Sequence record: DRR378314_485
DNA: 20,000 bases
Strand: one strand, 5' to 3'
Of this stretch, positions 1-8,930 are shown piece by piece (the first letter of the stretch is position 1; each line of letters opens with the position of its first letter). The notes below the pieces were generated by a model, which was not told the origin of the DNA, made no database searches, and worked only from the letters and a program-made list of their open reading frames with translations. Both the position numbers and the translations under genes were made by a program.

Positions 1-375
1 AATAGGTACGTAGAAACAGGCACCATACCAAAGTTTCGAGCCCCATCCAGCACTAGCGCCTAACTCGCCGCCGAACAAGTGGAATAACCCAACCTGCCAG
101 ACGTCAGAAAGCGCATAGCCGTCAGCCAAAGCCAAAGCAGCCTGGTTACCAACGTTGTACATACCCCAGAACATTGCCGGGAACGTCATCATCCACACCA
201 GAATCATAATGCGCTTAAGGTCGATACGGTCACGAACATGCGTAGCCGACTTAGTCACAGTACCTGGTGTGTACAAAATAGTGGCTACGGCTTCGTAAAG
301 CGCGTACCACTTCTCGTATTTACCGCCTTCTTCAAATTGCGGTTCAATACGCTCGAGTGTGTCTTTCAAGCTCAT
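1..375 (-). CDS. nqrB: Na+-translocating NADH:quinone reductase subunit B, N-terminal 125 codons (continues beyond the window start)
   Basis: Not in the ORF track. Manual translation from ATG at 375 gives [61 protein letters not shown], the typical NqrB N-terminus. It starts 2 nt after the nqrA stop. Confidence 0.96.
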   Translation of the reverse strand, partial: MSLKDTLERIEPQFEEGGKYEKWYALYEAVATILYTPGTVTKSATHVRDRIDLKRIMILVWMMTFPAMFWGMYNVGNQAALALADGYALSDVWQVGLFHLFGGELGASAGWGSKLWYGACFYVPI

Positions 376-377
376 GG

Positions 378-1718
378 TTAGCCTTCTTTCTCAATCTTAG
401 TGAGACAGTCACGCAGCACCGGGCCATATTCGTACTTCCCGGGGCAAACATAAGTGCACAATGCGAGGTCTTCCTCGTCCAGTTCCAGACAACCTAGTTG
501 CTGACCTTCATCAGTATCCCCTGACAACAAGTCACGTAGCAGTAATGTTGGCAGAATGTCCAAAGGCATTACGCGTTCGTAGTTACCAATTGGAACCATT
601 GAACGTGAAGAACCATTCAGTGACGTTGTCATGCTGAATAACTTCTTCGGATTAAAGTGTCCGGCATAAGCACGTGTTACTGAGTGCAAGTCAGAGCCCG
701 GGCGTATCCAGCCCAAAAACTCTTTATAATTGCCTTCCGGAATAACACTAACCTGATTGTGAAAACGACCTAACCAGGCATGCTCGTCATCCGCAGTGTG
801 ACCATGCAGGACTGACCCTGAGATAATACGTTGATTATCACCACTTAGCTCACCATCCGTTAACTCATGCAAGTTAGCACCTAAGCGAGTACGCAGTAGA
901 CGAGGTTCTTTCACACCTTCTCCGGCAACGGAGACAACACGGTCAGTAAATATTTCACCTGTAGTGAATAACTTACCGTAAGCTATAACGTCCTGATAAC
1001 CTATGTGCCATACCGGGCGTTTGATGCTAGCAGGCTGAAGGAAGTGTATATGAGTACCAACCAAACCTGATGGGTGAGGGCCTGAAAATGACTCCAGCGT
1101 GACATCTGCGTCACCAGTATCCACTTCAGCATTACCCTCTTTACAAACAAACAACTTACCTTCGGTCAGGTTAGAAAGAACCTTCAGACCGTCAATGAAA
1201 GCTTGTTTCTGTTCATTTATAAATAAAGTTGGGTCACCAGCTAATGGGTTAGAATCCATCGCGTTAACAAAAATCGCGCTGGCTTCTGCATCTAATGCCG
1301 GAGACTTACTATAAGGACGGGTACGAAGAGCTGTCCATTGACCAGACTCAACCAGAATGTCCTGAACTTTCTCACGACCTAATGAGTTAAGCTTGTCGCT
1401 GTCAAATTTGTCAAAAGTAACTTGCTCGTCACCTTTCAGCTCAATAACAACCGCCTGCAACACTCGACGCTCACCACGCAGGATGTCTTTTACTACACCA
1501 GCACCAGGGGCTGTGTACTTGACACCAGGGTTTTTCTTATCCTCGAAAATCAGCTGACCTTTCTTAACCTGGTCACCTTCTTTCACGTGCATGGTTGGGC
1601 GCATACCCACGTATTCTTCACCTAGGGTAGCAACTGTCGTCACAGCCTTACCGTCGGATAGTTCTTGCTGGGGCGCCCCTTTTATAGGGATGTCCAGCCC
1701 TTTCTTGATCGTAATCAT
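378..1718 (-). CDS. nqrA: Na+-translocating NADH:quinone reductase subunit A
   Basis: [13 protein letters not shown]-terminus, GPHPSG motif and [21 protein letters not shown]-terminus. ATG at 1718 is preferred over the GTG at 1730 because NqrA homologues begin MIxIKKGL. Confidence 0.97.
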   Translation of the reverse strand: MITIKKGLDIPIKGAPQQELSDGKAVTTVATLGEEYVGMRPTMHVKEGDQVKKGQLIFEDKKNPGVKYTAPGAGVVKDILRGERRVLQAVVIELKGDEQVTFDKFDSDKLNSLGREKVQDILVESGQWTALRTRPYSKSPALDAEASAIFVNAMDSNPLAGDPTLFINEQKQAFIDGLKVLSNLTEGKLFVCKEGNAEVDTGDADVTLESFSGPHPSGLVGTHIHFLQPASIKRPVWHIGYQDVIAYGKLFTTGEIFTDRVVSVAGEGVKEPRLLRTRLGANLHELTDGELSGDNQRIISGSVLHGHTADDEHAWLGRFHNQVSVIPEGNYKEFLGWIRPGSDLHSVTRAYAGHFNPKKLFSMTTSLNGSSRSMVPIGNYERVMPLDILPTLLLRDLLSGDTDEGQQLGCLELDEEDLALCTYVCPGKYEYGPVLRDCLTKIEKEG

Positions 1719-1868
1719 ATGCGTTTGCACTACTCGTTAAGGGAAGATTCATCACAACCAGCCACCAGGACTGGAAACCTGAATAATCAAATAGTTACCG
1801 ACACAAACAACCGCCTTCAGGGGGCTTGTCATCGGCAACCTGAAACATTTTCCACACTTATCGTTGGG

Positions 1869-1877
1869 ATTTTAGCA
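1869..1877 (-). promoter_or_regulatory. Candidate extended -10 promoter for the nqr operon (TG-C-TAAAAT)
   Basis: The minus strand reads TGCTAAAAT, matching TGnTAnnnT, about 150 nt upstream of the nqrA ATG. No recognisable -35. Confidence 0.5.
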
Positions 1878-1892
1878 TTTTTCCCACAACGC

Positions 1893-3071
1893 TTACCAGT
1901 TTACTTTTGGATCAATATCCGCGTCATAATCGACATTATCGAAGCCAAAACCGAATAAATGCAGGAACTCCTGATGATACCCTTCGTAATCGGCAAGCTG
2001 ATGGAAGTTGTCCTGAGTGACTTGCTCCCAAAGGGCTTCTATTTTCGCTTGAGTCTTATCGTTAGTTTCGTAACCGTCCATGTGCAGTCGACCTGCTTCG
2101 TCAAGCTCAGGGTTACTATTATATAAACCTTCGGTAAACAGGCGATAAATCTGTTCGATGCAACCTTCGTGCGTGCCTTCTTCTTTCATGACTTTATAAA
2201 TTAATGAAATATAAAGAGGCATAACAGGAATTGCCGAACTAGCTTGTGTTACCAACGCCTTTAATGAAGAAACGTAAGCTTTCAGATTAAGATCATCGCA
2301 CTCGGCGACAAGTTCTGATGCCGCACGATCAAGATCTTCTTTTGCACGACCAATGGTTGCATGACCATAAATTGGCAATGTCAGTTTTTTACCTATGTAG
2401 GTATAAGCAGTGGTTTGGCAGTTTTCGGCCAGCACGCCTGCATTATGCAGAGCTTTAACCCAGCGTTCCCAGTCTTCACCGCCCATGACTTTTACCGTAT
2501 TGGCAATATCTTCATCAGTAGCCGGATCAAGTGTCACTTCGTGTACCTGATCTTTGTCCGTATTGTAGGTTTTAGTTGTGTATTGTTTGCCTATTGGCTT
2601 TAACACTGAACTGTAGACTTCGCCGCTATCGGGGTCTTTACGTTTAGGTGATGCCAGGCTGTAAACAACGAGGTCAATTTTTCCCATGTTTTGTTTAATG
2701 TAGTCGATACTTTCCTGTTTAATTTCATCAGAAAATGCATCGCCATTAATTGAATGGAAAGCCAAACCAGCTTTGTTCGCTTCTTGATGAAAAGCGGCAG
2801 TATTATACCAACCAGCTGTCGCTGTTTTCTTTTCCGTAGGCTCTTTCTCAAAACAAACACCGAGAGTATGAGCTTCGCTGCCAAAGGCAGCGGTAATTCT
2901 TGAGGCAAGTCCGTAACCTGTGGAGCAACCTATGACGAGAACATTCTTAGGGCCATTGGCGATGGCAGGTTTATTACGGACAAATTCGATTTGACGTTTG
3001 ACGTTTTCGGCACAACCCACCGGATGAGAATTGGTGCAGATAAAACCGCGAATTTTTGGCTTAATGATCAT
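1893..3071 (-). CDS. fabV: Enoyl-ACP reductase FabV / trans-2-enoyl-CoA reductase
   Basis: MIIKPKIRGFICTNSHPVGC start, GCSTGYG nucleotide-binding loop, catalytic Y235-X8-K244 (YGHATIGRAK) and C-terminal FGFGFDNVDY. Confidence 0.96.
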   Translation of the reverse strand: MIIKPKIRGFICTNSHPVGCAENVKRQIEFVRNKPAIANGPKNVLVIGCSTGYGLASRITAAFGSEAHTLGVCFEKEPTEKKTATAGWYNTAAFHQEANKAGLAFHSINGDAFSDEIKQESIDYIKQNMGKIDLVVYSLASPKRKDPDSGEVYSSVLKPIGKQYTTKTYNTDKDQVHEVTLDPATDEDIANTVKVMGGEDWERWVKALHNAGVLAENCQTTAYTYIGKKLTLPIYGHATIGRAKEDLDRAASELVAECDDLNLKAYVSSLKALVTQASSAIPVMPLYISLIYKVMKEEGTHEGCIEQIYRLFTEGLYNSNPELDEAGRLHMDGYETNDKTQAKIEALWEQVTQDNFHQLADYEGYHQEFLHLFGFGFDNVDYDADIDPKVNW

Positions 3072-3155
3072 ATTGATGTATCCCTGTTGTTCGCATTATT
3101 TTGGCTATTGTAACCAATCAAACCACAGGAACACATCAGACATGCGTAATTTTTC

Positions 3156-3476
3156 TTAATTTGCCGCTATTTTCGACCCACCCAGACAGTTCGGTGAACG
3201 TCTGGACTCTCCCAATTGCTCCCACTCACCTTGGGTATAGGTGTGTAACGCCAGTGCATGGATATGATTCATTAGTTCATCCGCTAAAATTTTATTAACC
3301 GCACGGTGACGGTTAATAAGTCTCTCTCCACTGAACTTAGGGGTCACTAAGACCACTTTAAAGTGAGATTCAGCATTAGCTCCGCCTGAATGCATATGAC
3401 TTTCATCCGCGACTTCCAGATGTACTGGAGTAAACGCTTCCCGCAATTTATTTTCAATATCTAGCCCAATAGACAT
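3156..3476 (-). CDS. bolA: BolA family transcriptional regulator/morphogene
   Basis: DESHMH, ESHFKVVLV, RHRAVN, IHALALHTYT and SPNCLGG motifs. G-rich RBS (GGGGGAG) upstream of the ATG. Confidence 0.95.
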   Translation of the reverse strand: MSIGLDIENKLREAFTPVHLEVADESHMHSGGANAESHFKVVLVTPKFSGERLINRHRAVNKILADELMNHIHALALHTYTQGEWEQLGESRRSPNCLGGSKIAAN

Positions 3477-3592
3477 AACGACTCCCCCTCTGCGTTCGCC
3501 TCTAATCTTCAGTTTAGTTTACTTATACTGAATCGCAGAAATTTTTTTCAAAAACTTGCTAACTCTACGAATTTTCGGAGAATAAAGTTTGC

Positions 3593-4069
3593 TCAATATT
3601 CAGAGTCATCGACTGCTGCATGACACACTTCATCAATGGCGGATAAGCTGACGACAGCAGGAAAAACGGCATCAACCACTTCGCCTTTAGAAGCCTTTGC
3701 TGGTTTAACCAAATGATAGCGTTGTGCACTGACATTTCCTTCTGCCTGCCAGAGTAAAACATCGGTTTGTTTGAAAAGCTTTGATAAAGCATTTATGCCC
3801 TCGCTTCTGTGCGGCGGAAACGCCGTACTTTCCCCCGATAGGCGCCAGCCTCTGAGTTCGGCTTCCGATGCCAGCAAAGCCTCATTAATGCGGTTACGGC
3901 AAAAACTAAGCTCAATCGTTGCCCGGCTCAGTTGCCAGTTATTATTAGGCAGTAACTGTTCGTCCAGAGCTTTGACTTCAGCACTGTGCAAATCGGTTGT
4001 ACCTTCCTGCCCGCAGCCACTAAGAACGGCGAGGAATAACCCTGCCACCAAAAAATTTTTAAAAGCCAT
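3593..4069 (-). CDS. Hypothetical lipoprotein (158 aa)
   Basis: Strong RBS GGAGG 7 nt before the ATG. Signal peptide with lipobox LSG-C at Cys19. A TATAAT lies upstream (4092-4097, minus strand). No family recognised. Confidence 0.8.
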   Translation of the reverse strand: MAFKNFLVAGLFLAVLSGCGQEGTTDLHSAEVKALDEQLLPNNNWQLSRATIELSFCRNRINEALLASEAELRGWRLSGESTAFPPHRSEGINALSKLFKQTDVLLWQAEGNVSAQRYHLVKPAKASKGEVVDAVFPAVVSLSAIDEVCHAAVDDSEY

Positions 4070-4185
4070 AAGGAAACCTCCAAGGCTTGATATTATAACT
4101 GAAAAGCGCAGATAAACCGTTGTCTTAGTGTTAAAATTTCTGGCAGTATAGAACGTAATTTGTCATAGGGATTCAAATCAGTTTC

Positions 4186-5496
4186 ATGTCATCCATCTCA
4201 TTTTTTCGTAACACACTTATTGCTGGTGGTCTTAGCTTACTCATGACCCCTTCTGCGCTTAGCTCCGTATGGATTGAAGCAAATGATGCGGAATTGCGGA
4301 ACAGTCTGATTGTATTAGCTGAATCAGGGCTTATCAAAACACCCATTCAGCAATTTCCAATAACCTGGAAAAGCTTACTGCCGGAGTTGGATGCGCTTGA
4401 ATTAAAAGGTTTGAGCCCAACCCAGCAATTAGCATTACGCCATGTGCGTCATCAGTTATCACAAGCTCAGAATGGGCCTAAAACACGATGGTATATCGGT
4501 GCAACGGATAGCGAGCAGGTAGTTCAGGATTACGGCGACGACACCTATGAAGAAGGTAAAATTAGCCTAAGCCGCAGTATGCACGGTACAAACTGGGCGG
4601 CAAGAATTCAGGTAAACTATCGTCAGGACCCCTTTGAAGGTGATCACAAAAAGACTCTGGATGGCAGTTACTTAGCTTACAACCTGAATGACTGGAGCTT
4701 CAGTCTGGATTCACTGCCTCTGCGTTGGGGGCCAGCAGAGCACAGCAGCTTGCTGTTTTCTAACAATGCACGCCCTATGCCCAAAATTCGAATCGATTAC
4801 GCTCCTGATTATCCACCAGCCGGAATGAATCCATTCAAAATCAGTTTATTCAGTGCCTATCAGGACGACGGATACAGCGACCATTACCGGGTTAACGGCA
4901 TCCGCTTCTCCAGTCAGTTATTTCAACATTTATGGTTCGGCATTAGCGCCATTGAGCAGAGCGGCGACAACCGCCCCGACAACCGGATGTTGACCGCCGA
5001 TGCCAGAACCGGTTTCGACTGGGGGACTCATCAGTTTTCAGCTTACGCAGAACTGGGTATTGACCGAAAACTGGAAACCGACGACAAACCGGTATATACC
5101 CTGGGCGCACAATGGATGACAGGCTCTAAAGAACGTCGTCATAGCTTCACGGTTGAATACAGTCAGTTAGACGGCGGAGAAGAGCACGATTTTTATTCGC
5201 TGGACGAAAATCAAAGACAATACTTTCTGAACCACCAGCGTAATCCCGGCTCGCCTTTCCCCCGTGAGAGTCAGACTGTATCTGCCAGCTATCGACAGTT
5301 TTCAGCCGACGGTTCTGCCTGGACGGCGCTGGTCAGTCATAGTAAAGAAAAAGACGATGACACTCTGTCACGGGCTTTACTGCGGCGCACTGAACCTGCT
5401 TTTTCGGGGTTAGTTAAACTCTCTCTGCAATACCTTGACGGTAGCAATTACGACGGCGAAGTGGGCGTACAATTGAGTGGAGAATGGCGCTTTTAA
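4186..5496 (+). CDS. Capsule assembly Wzi-family outer-membrane beta-barrel protein
   Basis: Signal peptide, N-terminal helical LRNSLIVLAESGLIKTP..FPITW segment, and LDGSY..NDW..LRWGP..SLLFSNNARPMP core characteristic of the Wzi family. C-terminal aromatic beta-signal (EWRF). Confidence 0.8.
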   Translation: MSSISFFRNTLIAGGLSLLMTPSALSSVWIEANDAELRNSLIVLAESGLIKTPIQQFPITWKSLLPELDALELKGLSPTQQLALRHVRHQLSQAQNGPKTRWYIGATDSEQVVQDYGDDTYEEGKISLSRSMHGTNWAARIQVNYRQDPFEGDHKKTLDGSYLAYNLNDWSFSLDSLPLRWGPAEHSSLLFSNNARPMPKIRIDYAPDYPPAGMNPFKISLFSAYQDDGYSDHYRVNGIRFSSQLFQHLWFGISAIEQSGDNRPDNRMLTADARTGFDWGTHQFSAYAELGIDRKLETDDKPVYTLGAQWMTGSKERRHSFTVEYSQLDGGEEHDFYSLDENQRQYFLNHQRNPGSPFPRESQTVSASYRQFSADGSAWTALVSHSKEKDDDTLSRALLRRTEPAFSGLVKLSLQYLDGSNYDGEVGVQLSGEWRF

Positions 5497-6047
5497 CGCG
5501 CCAGCTTCTGCCCTACTCCCAGGCTGATGGTGTCCATAACATTAAGCCAGGCTTCATCCAGAGCATTGACTAACGCAGGATAGCCGTCACTTTTCAACGG
5601 CGTGCTTTCAGTAAAGGTTCCTTTCAGCACCGTCTGGTTATCCTGACTTTTATATTCCCAGTGACCCGCAACAACGGCCCGTGAGTCATTACTTCCATAA
5701 AAATCGTCAACCCAAACCGTTAGCTTGCCTTCGCAATTGTCAGCCAGCAAAAGGCGCTGAACACTACGCTGAAGTTGATGCGCCAGAGGCGTACTCCAAC
5801 GGTGCTGCCGGGCACTATGCCAGCGGGTTTCATCCTGCTGTAGCTGCAACCCGGGTTTCGCCGCTGAATCACCCACAAATACAGGACGCTTATCCGCGTT
5901 ACACAAGGCTTCCACGGACTCACTCAAATGTGGAAGTCGATATTGCGTTATCTCATATGAGTTAGAGGAACACCCGGCGAGCAACGCAATTACTGCACCA
6001 GTAACAAACGGCTTGAGTACTTTTGGAAAAGAATATCTGCTATTCAT
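5493..6047 (-). CDS. pqiC: PqiC-like outer-membrane lipoprotein of an MCE transport system
   Basis: Lipobox LAG-C, and HRWSTPL, VDDFYG and DGYPALVNAL motifs. Overlaps the pqiB stop by 8 nt. Confidence 0.85.
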   Translation of the reverse strand: MNSRYSFPKVLKPFVTGAVIALLAGCSSNSYEITQYRLPHLSESVEALCNADKRPVFVGDSAAKPGLQLQQDETRWHSARQHRWSTPLAHQLQRSVQRLLLADNCEGKLTVWVDDFYGSNDSRAVVAGHWEYKSQDNQTVLKGTFTESTPLKSDGYPALVNALDEAWLNVMDTISLGVGQKLAR

Positions 6048-7680
6048 AAGCTTTCGGCTCCGGATCGGGCTCTATAGATGGGCTAAAAATAAGCGAGTTC
6101 GGCTGTTCCTGTAACAACTCAATTACCGGTTTTAACTCACGTGAGAGCTGCTCAATTTCAGTTAACGTTTGATTCAGCTGCTGTCGTGTCGGGGAACCTT
6201 CATTAAAACTGCCGGTAAGCTCTTTCAGCTGAATAAGATTTTGCTGCAATAACTGAGGCAATTGCTTCATTTGTGGTTGCTCAACAATAGCCGCCAAACT
6301 TTCCGACACACTATCAAGCTTCCTGGCCGTACTGTCGACCGAACTCATCGCTGCCGAAAAGTCATTAAGTCCCTGCTCCAGTGGCAACTGATTGAACTTA
6401 TCCAATAGCGCCGTTAACTTTTCTTCCAGTCGAGTGAAGTCACTAGCCATTGCCGGCATAACCGGGTACCCGGCAAATATATCGTCGCCACTTTTCTCAC
6501 CAGCGTTCGGATAAAAGCGAACATCGACAAATAAGGTATTGGTTAACAAGTTAGAGGCTCGGATATTCGCTCTTAAACCCTGCTTAAATAATTCTGGCAA
6601 ACGTCTTTCCCAGTTTTCAATATCGGTATCGGCCACCAACCCTCTTAGGCGCTCAGGTTCAAAGCGAATAAGAATGGGAATACGTTTTAAAGGAGCTTCA
6701 TCACCGTTTTCCGGGAACCAACGCAGCGGCACCTCTCTTACCGTGCCAACACGCACCCCTTTAAATTGAACAGGAGCTCCTTTTTCAAGACCCGCAATAG
6801 ACTCATCCAGTAAAACAACGTAATCAATACCGTGAATATAGCCTTGCTGTTTTGCTTCCTCCAGACTTTCAAACAGCTCGAACTCCTGTTCACTGGTAAG
6901 CTTATCCCCCCGAGGCTGTCCTTCAGGAACACCAAAAGTCACACTGGCTCCCAATAGGGACTCGATGGAGCCCAAAGCCAAGTCCAGTCCCTGAGAATTC
7001 CACTGAATAGAAACGCCCCGCTGCAACCAGAACCGCGTATTTTCGGTAATAAGCTCATCATAAGGAGCCTTCACAAAAATTTGATATCGAGTTTGTCGTT
7101 CATCGACCTGAAACTCCGACTGCTCTACCTGACCAACGGTGAAGCCTTGATACTGCACTGAATCACCTACTGTTACGCTGGTTTGCCCCTCGCTGGTCAA
7201 ATTTAACCGACGCCCGGGAGTTTCTTGAGAAGTAACAGGCGGCTGCTCCAGTGCTTTAAAGTGCGACTGCTGCTCCTTAGAGTCACCTGGCTGCAAACGA
7301 ATATACGCACCTGATAGTAAAGTTCCCAGCCCGCTAATTCCCTGTCGTCCGATTCTGGGTTTTACTACCCAAATTCGGGTTCCCGGATTTAACATTCGCT
7401 CGGTACCTTCGTTCATCGCCACTTCTATAACGGCCGAAGAAAAATCTTCCGACAAGCGCACTTCAGTAACCTGTCCGACGTCTACGTTACGAACTTTCAC
7501 CTGAGTTTTTCCGGCTTCGATGCCTTCGGCGTCCCCTACCGCCACAGTAATAGTGGGCCCAGTTCCGCGCGTATCCTGCCAAACCATCCACAGCGCTACA
7601 GCAAGAGCCAGCAGCGGTACAATCCAGACCGGTGATATGCCGGAAAATTTGCGGACCTTAGTCGTTGAACTCTCTGTCAT
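6040..7680 (-). CDS. pqiB: Intermembrane transport protein PqiB (tandem MCE domains plus C-terminal helical region)
   Basis: SPVWIVPLLA anchor, GIEAGKT..VDVGQV, GLGTLLSGAYI, VQFKGVRVGTV, and C-terminal PNSLIF..DPEPK. 546 aa. Confidence 0.94.
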   Translation of the reverse strand: MTESSTTKVRKFSGISPVWIVPLLALAVALWMVWQDTRGTGPTITVAVGDAEGIEAGKTQVKVRNVDVGQVTEVRLSEDFSSAVIEVAMNEGTERMLNPGTRIWVVKPRIGRQGISGLGTLLSGAYIRLQPGDSKEQQSHFKALEQPPVTSQETPGRRLNLTSEGQTSVTVGDSVQYQGFTVGQVEQSEFQVDERQTRYQIFVKAPYDELITENTRFWLQRGVSIQWNSQGLDLALGSIESLLGASVTFGVPEGQPRGDKLTSEQEFELFESLEEAKQQGYIHGIDYVVLLDESIAGLEKGAPVQFKGVRVGTVREVPLRWFPENGDEAPLKRIPILIRFEPERLRGLVADTDIENWERRLPELFKQGLRANIRASNLLTNTLFVDVRFYPNAGEKSGDDIFAGYPVMPAMASDFTRLEEKLTALLDKFNQLPLEQGLNDFSAAMSSVDSTARKLDSVSESLAAIVEQPQMKQLPQLLQQNLIQLKELTGSFNEGSPTRQQLNQTLTEIEQLSRELKPVIELLQEQPNSLIFSPSIEPDPEPKAYE

Positions 7681-8930
7681 TTATCTGCCTCTCGCCAGAA
7701 TAAGCGTGTATCAAAACTCATCGCTGCAAGCATAGTAAGAACCACAGCTGCCGCGAATGAAACCGCAGCACTGCCCGGATAAACCGACATAACGGAACCA
7801 CTTCGAACCAACGCCACCAGTATCGCAACAACAAAAATATCGATCATTGACCAGCGCCCTATCCAATCCGTCAGTTTGAATAAAATAAGACGGTGGCGAA
7901 CCGTTTGCGGAGTTTGCCAGCGAGCTAATATTAGCAAAGTTATCAGCACCAGTACTTTAGCCACAGGTATTACCAGACTGGCGACAAAAACAATAGCCGC
8001 TATTGGTTTATCCCCACTTTGCCATAACTCCGTTACTCCGCCAATTATGGTTGACGGTTGGTCGCTACCAAATCGGACGGTTTCCATAACCGGTAACCAA
8101 TGCGCTGGAATTAACATAATAGCGCCGGCAGTAATTAACGCGACCGTTGTGCCTGGCCTACGCCACCAGGATGTTTTCTGTGGCTCTGTACATTGGTAAC
8201 AAGTATCAGCGTTCTGAGAATTCAGCGCATAACATACTGGGCAAGTCTGTAATCCTTGTTCAAATGCTGTCATTCCGGGTTGACCGTCAGGTGCTGACTG
8301 TGACGTTTTAATCAAATGCCGCCAAACGGGTGTCTGTTTCACCCGCTCATAAACGAAAAGTAACAGCACAACAAAGGCGCTAAAGCTCCAGAAGCCCTCC
8401 AGTAAGCGAATATCTGCCAGGCTGGAGATCTTAACCAACGCCACCAAAGTGCCAAGCAGGAAAACGTCGGTCATTAACCAGGGCTTTAAGTGCTCAGTTA
8501 AACGCAGTAAATATAAACTGCCCCGGTTTCGCGCTGAATTCTTAGTGTGACTGTATACCCAAATCAGGCTCACCAGGTAAATAAACGGAATGAGAATAAC
8601 TGTTAAAAGAACTAACACAGCCAATACTTTTTCGTGAAAATAAGAAAGCTGCCACGCAGTGTCCATTAGGGTCATTGACTGTTCAACACCGGCCGCAGAA
8701 TAACGAATAAAGTCGACCGATAGACTGGCTAAAAGCATGACCAGAGCCGAGGTGGCTATTGCCACCAAAGTAAAATGCTCTGTTCTCCTGCCATGCTCCA
8801 GAACGTACCCGCAACGTGGGCACTCAGCGCGTTCATTCCCGGAAAGAGAGACGAGTCGGCTTACCCAGTCACATTGAGGGCAGCCGACAACATCATTCTT
8901 TTCGCTCTGCGTTATCCTGCTCGACGTCAT
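7677..8930 (-). CDS. pqiA: Paraquat-inducible protein A (two PqiA domains)
   Basis: Four CxxC motifs (CPQC, CPRC, CPVC, CYQC), plus PWLMTDVFLLG, IGRWSMIDIFVVAILVALV and FDTRLFW. ATGA overlap with pqiB. Confidence 0.94.
   Translation of the reverse strand: MTSSRITQSEKNDVVGCPQCDWVSRLVSLSGNERAECPRCGYVLEHGRRTEHFTLVAIATSALVMLLASLSVDFIRYSAAGVEQSMTLMDTAWQLSYFHEKVLAVLVLLTVILIPFIYLVSLIWVYSHTKNSARNRGSLYLLRLTEHLKPWLMTDVFLLGTLVALVKISSLADIRLLEGFWSFSAFVVLLLFVYERVKQTPVWRHLIKTSQSAPDGQPGMTAFEQGLQTCPVCYALNSQNADTCYQCTEPQKTSWWRRPGTTVALITAGAIMLIPAHWLPVMETVRFGSDQPSTIIGGVTELWQSGDKPIAAIVFVASLVIPVAKVLVLITLLILARWQTPQTVRHRLILFKLTDWIGRWSMIDIFVVAILVALVRSGSVMSVYPGSAAVSFAAAVVLTMLAAMSFDTRLFWREADK

Noticed and set aside
1863..1890. 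Inverted repeat GTT..GGGA/TCCC-AAC just after the fabV stop, considered as a terminator
   Set aside because: Short bulged stem, large loop and no U-tract. The loop contains the candidate nqr -10.
1665..1958. 97-aa plus-strand ORF across the nqrA-fabV intergenic region
   Set aside because: TTG start, antisense overlap with both flanking genes and no recognisable motif. The region is better explained as the nqr promoter and leader.
2376..2378. FabV Leu232 (TTG) where many homologues have Trp (TWPIY), considered as a damaging change
   Set aside because: As I recall, this position varies among FabV/TER enzymes, and the catalytic Y235 and K244 are intact.
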